Assembly: GCA_965204375.1 (NCBI GenBank)
Contig: OZ241986.1
Coordinates: 3,232,001-3,296,000, forward strand
Origin: Candidatus Latescibacterota bacterium
Lineage (GTDB): Bacteria > Latescibacterota > UBA2968
Length of the DNA: 64,000 nt
Direction: 5' to 3'
In this document: in pieces, positions 1 through 7,279 of the stretch
Layout: every line of letters begins with the position of its first letter
Position numbering within the stretch: position 1 is the first letter of the stretch
Translations under genes and position numbers: made by a program
The notes under the pieces: model-generated
What the model was told of the DNA's origin: nothing
Databases searched by the model: none
What the model saw: only the letters and a program-made list of their open reading frames with translations

Positions 1-11
1 AAAATTAGTTC

Positions 12-58
12 TTGACATTTTACCAACACAACATTATTGTTGTGTTTCGGATTGTCAA
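12..58 (+). promoter_or_regulatory. sigma70-like promoter overlapped by an inverted repeat (putative operator)
   Basis: TTGACA (12-17), 17-nt spacer, TATTGT (35-40); inverted repeat AACACAACA-ttat-TGTTGTGTT with outer TTGACA/TGTCAA. Confidence 0.55.
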
Positions 59-135
59 TATCTTGTACTTTATTGGATCCAGCTTGGGCGGGAAGCTGCT
101 ACCCGTCGGAATCTGTCAGAAGATACGGCGAATCT

Positions 136-585
136 ATGATACCACTTTTCGATTCTAACGGATGCTTACCCGTCGGCATATATTGGACAACTTGGGAAAA
201 ATTCAAAATCAGATTCGGTGTGACCGCTCATAGGCGCAGACTCTTGGATGGCCTGGAGCAAGGATTAAAGTCTTTGAAAGCGGCCGGCTGCTCGACTGTT
301 TACATAGATGGAAGTTTTGTTACAGACAAAGAAATCCCTGGAGATTTTGATGCATGCTGGGATGGCAGCGGGGTTGATCTGGCATTACTTGATCCTGTTC
401 TGTTAAACTTCGATAATCAACGGGCGGCACAAAAAGCCAAATATCGTGGAGAATTCTTCCCTGCTCATTTTGAGGCAGAAGCTACGCCTCCCTACAGGAT
501 GTTTCTCGATTTTTTTCAGACCGATAAAGCTACGGGCGATCCAAAAGGGATTATAGCCATAGACCTAAGAGGATGGCAGATATGA
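136..585 (+). CDS. DUF6932-like predicted pol-beta-type nucleotidyltransferase (putative toxin)
   Basis: Motif YIDGSFVTDKEIPGDFD (GS...DxD); N-terminal MIPLFDSNGCLPVGIY and C-terminal PKGII typical of the family; ATG at 136 preferred to TTG at 37. Confidence 0.7.
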   Translation: MIPLFDSNGCLPVGIYWTTWEKFKIRFGVTAHRRRLLDGLEQGLKSLKAAGCSTVYIDGSFVTDKEIPGDFDACWDGSGVDLALLDPVLLNFDNQRAAQKAKYRGEFFPAHFEAEATPPYRMFLDFFQTDKATGDPKGIIAIDLRGWQI

Positions 586-2030
586 TCAAAAACGCGAGAC
601 AATATCGGATCACCAAGGCCCAGATGAGGAAGTTTGAGGGTGCTTTGGCGGAGTTGGCTCAAAATAAAAATAAGAATATTCATCCTCTACTTCAGAAAGC
701 TCATCAGGATGCATTGAGAAGTCAACATGAGGAACTCCGTATGCAGTTGGAGGAATACGACGCGCTTGTAGAAGGTAAGCGCAATGTTCTCGAACGTCTT
801 TCACTTACTGATCTTCCTCGTGCTCTCATTCAGGCTCGGATTGCTATGGGGTTGTCTCAGAAAGAACTTGCCCATCGTCTCGGACTCAAAGAGCAACAAA
901 TACAGCGATACGAAGCAAATGAATACGCGACTGCCAATCTTGAACGATTGAAAGAGGTCGTAGAAGCTCTAGGTATTGAAATGCAAGAGGATCTTTTTCT
1001 TTCCTCGGACCACTTTTCACTGGAAGAAATCTTCAGTCGAATGAAAAAATCTGGTTTTGAGAAGAATTTCATATTCAATCGATTACTGCCGCGAGATTTA
1101 GTCGCATATATAGAGCAAGAGAATGAAAAGAGCCAAACCGGAAATGTGCCATTGCAAGTTGCTACAGCAATTGCTCGCGTATTTGGATGGTCTCCTACTC
1201 TGATCTTTGGTTCTCGTCCATTAATAATGGATCCTGCTATTGCGGGAGCTGGAAGATTTAAAACTCCTGTATATGCAAAAAGAACCAGATTAAGTGCCTA
1301 TACCATGTTTGCCCATATTTTGGGTCTGCATCTTCTTGATACAACGCAGGATTTGAAACCACAAAAAGTGCCTACAAATGGTCTCAAAGTGAGAGAGGAG
1401 ATACTGTCTTTCTATGGATCTGTCACATTTGAAAATGTGCTACGCTATGTATGGGGCTTAGGTATACCCGTATTGCCGTTGCGTGATCCAGGCGCGTTCC
1501 ATGGTGCCTGTTGGCGGATAGAATATCGGAATGTGATCGTACTAAAACAAGGGACGGATTCGTTAGCGCGTTGGCTATTCGATCTTTTGCATGAACTTGC
1601 CCATGCGGGCGAAGATCCCGACAGCGAAGAATATGCTATGGTTGAGACTGATCCAATAGAAAGGCAAGGCTCTGACGAGGAGGCTGCTGCGAATAAGTTC
1701 GCTGATGATGTCATGCTTGCGGGACGCGCGGAGGAACTTGCTGAAAAATGTGTTGAGGCTGCTGAAGGAAAAGTAGAATGGTTGAAAAGGGTAGTTCCCG
1801 AAGTGGCTGAAAAGGAGGGTGTAGAGACAGATTCTCTTGCCAATTATATGGCATATCGACTGTCGTTACAGCAGTTAAATTGGTGGGGAGCAGCCAGCAA
1901 CCTGCAGAAAAAAGATCCTCTGCCCTGGGTCACCGCTCGGGATATACTACTCGAACACGTAGATCTTAGTTACCTCAATGAATTCGATAGAGATCTACTA
2001 ATGCGTGCAATAGATGATGGTCTGTATTGA
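582..2030 (+). CDS. XRE-family HTH protein fused to an ImmA/IrrE-family zinc metallopeptidase
   Basis: HTH GLSQKELAHRLGLKEQQIQRYE; HExxH motif LLHELAH plus EEAAANKFA; ATGA overlap with the upstream stop (alternative start 573). Confidence 0.85.
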   Translation: MIKNARQYRITKAQMRKFEGALAELAQNKNKNIHPLLQKAHQDALRSQHEELRMQLEEYDALVEGKRNVLERLSLTDLPRALIQARIAMGLSQKELAHRLGLKEQQIQRYEANEYATANLERLKEVVEALGIEMQEDLFLSSDHFSLEEIFSRMKKSGFEKNFIFNRLLPRDLVAYIEQENEKSQTGNVPLQVATAIARVFGWSPTLIFGSRPLIMDPAIAGAGRFKTPVYAKRTRLSAYTMFAHILGLHLLDTTQDLKPQKVPTNGLKVREEILSFYGSVTFENVLRYVWGLGIPVLPLRDPGAFHGACWRIEYRNVIVLKQGTDSLARWLFDLLHELAHAGEDPDSEEYAMVETDPIERQGSDEEAAANKFADDVMLAGRAEELAEKCVEAAEGKVEWLKRVVPEVAEKEGVETDSLANYMAYRLSLQQLNWWGAASNLQKKDPLPWVTARDILLEHVDLSYLNEFDRDLLMRAIDDGLY

Positions 2031-2382
2031 GGATCCGCGCAGTTTTGGAACCGGATGAGCGGAAGTGGCCAGTGTATGATACCGAATCACCCGTGGGATT
2101 GATGTCGCCGGATTACACATCGGAGAAAATTGATCAGGTTTTGTTTAGCAAAGCAAAAGCGTGGTTGAATACGCATTTTGAAGAGCGAAAGGATGATTCT
2201 TTCTTTTTGTATTTTCCATCGTCGGCGATCCATCGTCCGTGTTTGCCAACCCATAAGTGGATTGGAAAAAGCCAGGCAGGATTGAGAGGTGATAAGGTTG
2301 CAGAATTAGATGATATTGTCGGGCGTTTGTTGGGAGAATTGGAAAAACACGGCGTGCTCAATAACACACTGGTGATCTTTTC
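2030..2382 (+). pseudogene. internal fragment of an arylsulfatase-family gene
   Basis: FFLYFPSSAIHRP...GDKVAELDDIVGRLLGELEKHGVLNNTLVIFS stops just before the usual SDNG motif; no N-terminal catalytic motif. Confidence 0.7.
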
Positions 2383-2460
2383 AAGGGGGACTATATACGA
2401 TGATACCGTTGTTTGTTTCTTAACCGTCATATCATTATACCCGACCAAAAAACAAATTTA

Positions 2461-2498
2461 CAAGAAAAAACTCTCACCTAAAAAGGTGAGAGCTTTTA
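2461..2498 (-). terminator. intrinsic terminator after the hicA-like gene
   Basis: CTCTCACCT-aaaa-AGGTGAGAG hairpin flanked by A/T runs. Confidence 0.65.
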
Positions 2499-2535
2499 TC
2501 TTCTATTTTTTATTATTTACTGCCTGTAAAGATTT

Positions 2536-2772
2536 TTAATCAAGTGCTTCTTCAACGTCAAAGATGCTGATATTAAAACGGGCACAGATACTTCTCATTA
2601 GTGTGGGTGCGATAATATCCCCATCATCAATAAAGGGGATGTGATACTTTTTTTCGCCGTGCTCAAAATAACAAAGCCCATTGGTTGTAATGTAATTACA
2701 ATTAAATTTGCAGGCAAGACAATCTCTAAACGCGCCAAAAGTCGACATTTGCCGCCTGAATGGAAATGGCAT
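2536..2772 (-). CDS. small protein, divergent HicA-like toxin candidate
   Basis: 78 aa, directly downstream of a HicB-like gene; C-terminal IAPTLMRSICARFNI resembles HicA. Confidence 0.45.
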   Translation of the reverse strand: MPFPFRRQMSTFGAFRDCLACKFNCNYITTNGLCYFEHGEKKYHIPFIDDGDIIAPTLMRSICARFNISIFDVEEALD

Positions 2773-2792
2773 TTCGTGCTCCTGATTTTAAT

Positions 2793-3158
2793 TTAGGCAA
2801 ATGCGAGCTTTGCAGCGGGGATAGATTTTGCGACGGTTGGTGACACTCCATTAGGAACGGGGATATCAAATTGAGACTTCTTTTCATATTTCTGTTTTTC
2901 TTTCCCCAACTTTTCATATTCTTCTGCTAATTTGTGATATTCCCGCGGGGTTTCAGGTATTCCATCAAGCGGTTCTTTGCCGTCTTCAAGGTCTAAAAGA
3001 ATCTGACCTGAAAGAGTCTTTTTCCATTGATCTATCGCTATCTCAGGCGTATCGCCCTGAGATGCGATATCGTATTCAAGGCACTGAGCCACCCACTTTC
3101 CGCATTCGGGGATGAGAATAAGCGTCAAATGCAAGTAGTTCATCTGTTGGGCGTTCAT
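2793..3158 (-). CDS. HicB-like antitoxin
   Basis: WVAQCLEYDIASQGDTPEIAI motif typical of the HicB fold; GGAGG RBS upstream. Confidence 0.65.
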   Translation of the reverse strand: MNAQQMNYLHLTLILIPECGKWVAQCLEYDIASQGDTPEIAIDQWKKTLSGQILLDLEDGKEPLDGIPETPREYHKLAEEYEKLGKEKQKYEKKSQFDIPVPNGVSPTVAKSIPAAKLAFA

Positions 3159-3490
3159 GCTGACAACCTCCTTGTGTGCGCGGAATGCGCTTGTTAGCTG
3201 AATACTGTGACGAGGGCAAAAGTCAGCTAACTTTGCCCTCCCGTTTGCCGTATGACAGCTTAACCGTAATACACGTCAAGATGTCAAGAGAAAATACAAT
3301 ATAGTATAATATCACACAGGTCAAGCGGTTTTTCAGCAAAATCATGTCAAGTCCGTGTATAAAAATTTGAGAGGTACAGGCCTTTTTCATTGTGTTCTTT
3401 GCTCCCTTCTCATATATTTTCTAGGACAAAAAGGAAGCACGAAGATTAGTGTCCCTTCGGGCTTCAAACCCTCAAACGGGAGATAAAACA

Positions 3491-3754
3491 ATGGATGCGA
3501 AAAACGATACACCTAAGTTAGTTATCAATATCCCAAAATACGTGTCTGCTGACAAACAACCAACCTTTGCGCGTGAACAAGCTCAGGCTGAAGTAGATGC
3601 ACTAATTAAAGCAAAAGTGGCCGCTGGCGAAGATCTGCCGCAAAGAGTAGATGTTGAAGTAAAGTCGGATTATTTAACCCTCAATTATCGATTTGGGCCA
3701 CCAGATATCTCCGGCTTCCTCAGATGGTGCTCAAACGACGATAAAAATCCGTAA
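3491..3754 (+). CDS. hypothetical protein (87 aa)
   Basis: ORF with GGAG RBS before ATG 3491; no recognisable motif. Confidence 0.5.
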   Translation: MDAKNDTPKLVINIPKYVSADKQPTFAREQAQAEVDALIKAKVAAGEDLPQRVDVEVKSDYLTLNYRFGPPDISGFLRWCSNDDKNP

Positions 3755-3896
3755 AATAACTACAAAAAAGACCTTGCAAAACAAGGGTTATGACACTATA
3801 ATAGTTTTGTAATTATTTGTTTTTTATGTTCTTATCGCACACACATCCCTTTGCACATTCGGCTCGCCTCCCTCGAATGATCGTTCAACGCCATTC

Positions 3897-6266
3897 CTAC
3901 CTTCGGTTGCTCCAAGCTTCAGGTTGAGAGTCGAGTACTTCGGCGTATTTCAGTCTCTCGAGCCGATCTTTTAGTGAGTCTTTGTTGCCAATCGGACCAT
4001 TAAGATCCTGGTTTAACTTCAAGTCATCCCGGATCCGTCTGACATCCGTCAGGAGAGCATCGCCCTCTACGGATGTGTCGACAATGGCCTCAATCCTCTC
4101 GAGCAGCACAACAATATCCGCTTTTGTTGCCGTAGAAAGACGATCTTTGAGAAAGAGTGCCTTCTCTCTTTCCACGCGAGCCGCGATGGATTCCTGCTCC
4201 CGTTCTCGTTCAGCTTTGCGTTGCATGGCTGTCAACTTGGAAAATAGTGCTGCGAATCGGCTTCGCATTTTATTTGCGGCCTCGGAATTTCTTTCTGCAC
4301 AGACGTCAAGGGCATGTCGGGCAAATCCGAGTTTCTCAAGGCGAAGTTCGCTACCGGCCTTGTCAAGACCCTTCTGGATCGCCTTGAAGACCCCAGTGGA
4401 TTCTGACAGCGATTCTTTAATGGTATCTGCTTCGGGGAACTCCTCGGGTAGCTCTATGTCCATCTCGCTCAGGTATTTTTTCGCAGCCTCTATCGCTATT
4501 TCTACCGGAATGAGATCCTCAATTTCTAAAGGTCCACCACACCGGTCGCTTGAAAGACCATCAACCGCGTTGGGTTTTAACTGCAGGACGTATTCGTCTC
4601 TGATCAACTGCTTGTTGCGGGGGCCGCCTCGCTGCAGATCTTTCACAGCACGGTCGCCTTCCTCGTCGCCATCGAGGAGCACAATAACTGCAGGCTTGTT
4701 GGCATCTCTGCCACGAGCCAAGAATGCCATGTACGGAACATGACTGGCAGATCCTGCTGGAACCAGAGTGATCCGATTTAGATCGAGACGTTGGGTGCTA
4801 GCGAAATTTGCTTTGCCGAGTAGGTCAGACATGCCAGCGAGGTATACCTGATCAGCCATTCCTTCCAACATCAGGTTGCAGTTCCCGATGAATGCCATCT
4901 CCCCTACGAAACCTCCCAATGCGGTACGAAGCGGCTCAAAGTGGTTGCGCCCAACATCGCGTACGACACGCACGCCTTCCTCGCCGGAGCCTTTATCGAG
5001 GACCCGAATCCGGTCAGCGCGGTTTTTGTCGATTAGGAATGGTGAGTGGGTTACAAATACAACTTGGCCTCCCGGAGCAGTCTCTGTGGGCAGTGTGAAC
5101 TCATGCAGGACTCGAAGGAGGTCCTGCTGACCTTGGTTAGACAAATATGCGTCTGGCTCATCCATTAGGAGAATCTCCGACCCAGAGCGGTCCTTGACAT
5201 GGGCCAAGAATTGAACGAGGTAGCTGAGGAAATATTTTAGGCCACTACTGCGTTCAGCAAAGGAATACTCGCTGCCCGTACGATCTCGGATAGTAAAGAC
5301 GATGTCGAAGTCTCGAACGGCAATCGCTAAACGAAACTGGTGATCCTGTGACCACCACTTGGAGAGATTTAGAGAGCTTTCCAGTTGTGAGTTCATTGAG
5401 GCCACAATGCCATTAGCAAGCCCTTCATCATCATTACGAAGAGCCTTCTGTAGTTCAACGAATGCCGAGACGTGGATGCCACCAACAGTTACCAGAAGAT
5501 CAAAGGCAAGGTTCAGTTGGTTGCAATGGGATTCTGTTTCCTGCGCACTCATCCTAGAAATATTTGATAAGAAGGACTGGATTTTTTGGCTAAAGTGCTG
5601 TGAATCAGGCATCTGTTTCGATAAATCCTGAGCATGTCCGAGTAAAGAATCTAAGAGTGTCAAGCGATCGGTACGCATCAGGTCTGGTTTTGCGTTTTGA
5701 TCCCCGTCTCTGTCAATCAAAAATGAAATCGGTACACTGTTTGGGATGGCACGTGCTGGATCAATGCGGAAGACCTTTGGGAGAAAACCAGCTAGTTTTT
5801 CGAGATCATTGATTTCATAATGCTGATCGTCTGTATATAGTGTCGCACTGTCGGCGCTAGTACGGAAAACCCGAAACGAGGAGATATTTAAATCATCAGG
5901 GGATTCAATGAGTTCTGATATTTCTTCAGCCTCGTCGGATGTAACATCTTCGAAATGGAGGCCAAAGTGCGGGATCTTCATGGCTTCTGAGACGGTGAAG
6001 TAATCGGAATATCGGCAAAAGTCTGCTGGCGTTGGGCACTCATTGCCTAGCGCGCATTCGATCGCCTGAAGGAATTGACTTTTTCCAGATTCGTTAGCAC
6101 CGACAATAGCCGTGAGTTCAGGGTCAATGTCAAGAGAAACGTAGGGGTAGAATGTATCGTCCTCCATCTGATCCCAAGGATCAGGCTGGGCATTGGGGTG
6201 CTGTTTTCGCAGGTAGTCGAAGTTGAAGGCTCGGTAAAATCTGACGTATGCGGTTCGAAGTATCAT
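3897..6266 (-). CDS. OLD-family-like ATP-dependent nuclease (ABC ATPase + TOPRIM)
   Basis: Walker A GANESGKS, signature RSSG, Walker B LLMDEPD, H-loop VTHSP, TOPRIM MLEGMAD and LLDGDEEG. Confidence 0.8.
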   Translation of the reverse strand: MILRTAYVRFYRAFNFDYLRKQHPNAQPDPWDQMEDDTFYPYVSLDIDPELTAIVGANESGKSQFLQAIECALGNECPTPADFCRYSDYFTVSEAMKIPHFGLHFEDVTSDEAEEISELIESPDDLNISSFRVFRTSADSATLYTDDQHYEINDLEKLAGFLPKVFRIDPARAIPNSVPISFLIDRDGDQNAKPDLMRTDRLTLLDSLLGHAQDLSKQMPDSQHFSQKIQSFLSNISRMSAQETESHCNQLNLAFDLLVTVGGIHVSAFVELQKALRNDDEGLANGIVASMNSQLESSLNLSKWWSQDHQFRLAIAVRDFDIVFTIRDRTGSEYSFAERSSGLKYFLSYLVQFLAHVKDRSGSEILLMDEPDAYLSNQGQQDLLRVLHEFTLPTETAPGGQVVFVTHSPFLIDKNRADRIRVLDKGSGEEGVRVVRDVGRNHFEPLRTALGGFVGEMAFIGNCNLMLEGMADQVYLAGMSDLLGKANFASTQRLDLNRITLVPAGSASHVPYMAFLARGRDANKPAVIVLLDGDEEGDRAVKDLQRGGPRNKQLIRDEYVLQLKPNAVDGLSSDRCGGPLEIEDLIPVEIAIEAAKKYLSEMDIELPEEFPEADTIKESLSESTGVFKAIQKGLDKAGSELRLEKLGFARHALDVCAERNSEAANKMRSRFAALFSKLTAMQRKAEREREQESIAARVEREKALFLKDRLSTATKADIVVLLERIEAIVDTSVEGDALLTDVRRIRDDLKLNQDLNGPIGNKDSLKDRLERLKYAEVLDSQPEAWSNRR

Positions 6267-6331
6267 GCTTAAAACCTTATTTTAAAGTAAATCTGCCTCG
6301 AGAGATGATTCGGCATTTCCCATACACGGCT

Positions 6332-6445
6332 TCAAGGGCGGCGAAGAAGCTTTCGTAAATCGGATTCGGCATCGGCATTGGACGTAAATTCCACGCCTCC
6401 CTCACTCCAATAAATGATGATTTCGTACTTGTGATTATTAATCAT
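6332..6445 (-). pseudogene. 5' stub of a HicB-family antitoxin gene
   Basis: MINNHKYEIIIYWSE matches a common HicB N-terminus, then the sequence diverges. Confidence 0.5.
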
Positions 6446-6476
6446 TGGTTTGATCTCTTGAAAAGAGTGTTTTTGG

Positions 6477-7265
6477 TCAAACAGATTCGCCAAAAGCACT
6501 TTTTTTGTACAGTTCCCTATGTTCTTCATCTATCAGTTCTACGGAAGATACATCCTCAAGAAGGGCATAATCCTCAACGAAATTTTTGAATTTGGCTCCT
6601 CGTTCGCTCAGACAATTGTAAAATAGAAGCCCCAATTCATAACTTGACAATTGTGCGCGGACAAGATTGGTATAGAGTTTTGTATCTTCTTTGAGAAGAT
6701 CGCTATGATGGTCAACAAATTTGACAACATTGTACAGATGCCTAAAGTAATACCCAACATGTGGCTCATAGGGAATTAAAAAACTTTCATAAGTATCATT
6801 GAGAATTTTCGCTTCAGGAGAATTACTACTTGCAGCTTTTTGGACTTTGGGATAATGTTCTTTTTTCAAATCATTAAGCATTTTAACAAAGCACTCCCGT
6901 CCGCCTACCATGTTCCGAATTTCCATTGTATTGACAATATCATTATGCAGGCTAAGAAGTTGAAAAAAGGCACTTCCAAAATTCTGCTTTTGAAGTTGTT
7001 CTTTTTGGAGTGCGAGTTCCGCTTGCTGAACGTGTAGCGTCCAAATGAGAATAGCAAAAGCCAGTCCAGTAAACAAAGCGGTGATAAAGCCAAACGAATC
7101 GCCCCATTGTCCTCTTTTCTCAACGCTAGGAACTAAATCTGGGAAAAACCATGCCCCCCAAAGAATGAGCAAACCAATGAGAACGACAAATATTCCCAAA
7201 CCTATTAAACCTGTTTTAATCTTTTTCCGCCAGTTCGTTTTCGATTCATCAGAACTTTTGTCCAT
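6477..7265 (-). CDS. putative phage abortive infection protein (putAbiC-like) with two N-terminal TM helices
   Basis: GQWGDSFG in the TM region; YFRHLYNVVKFVD and YTNLVRAQLSSYELGLLFYNCL motifs. Confidence 0.75.
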   Translation of the reverse strand: MDKSSDESKTNWRKKIKTGLIGLGIFVVLIGLLILWGAWFFPDLVPSVEKRGQWGDSFGFITALFTGLAFAILIWTLHVQQAELALQKEQLQKQNFGSAFFQLLSLHNDIVNTMEIRNMVGGRECFVKMLNDLKKEHYPKVQKAASSNSPEAKILNDTYESFLIPYEPHVGYYFRHLYNVVKFVDHHSDLLKEDTKLYTNLVRAQLSSYELGLLFYNCLSERGAKFKNFVEDYALLEDVSSVELIDEEHRELYKKSAFGESV

Positions 7266-7279
7266 GGAAACAACCTTTC

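Noticed and set aside
2027-2539. 170-aa ORF as an intact gene
   Set aside because: It is a sulfatase fragment running into non-coding terminator sequence.
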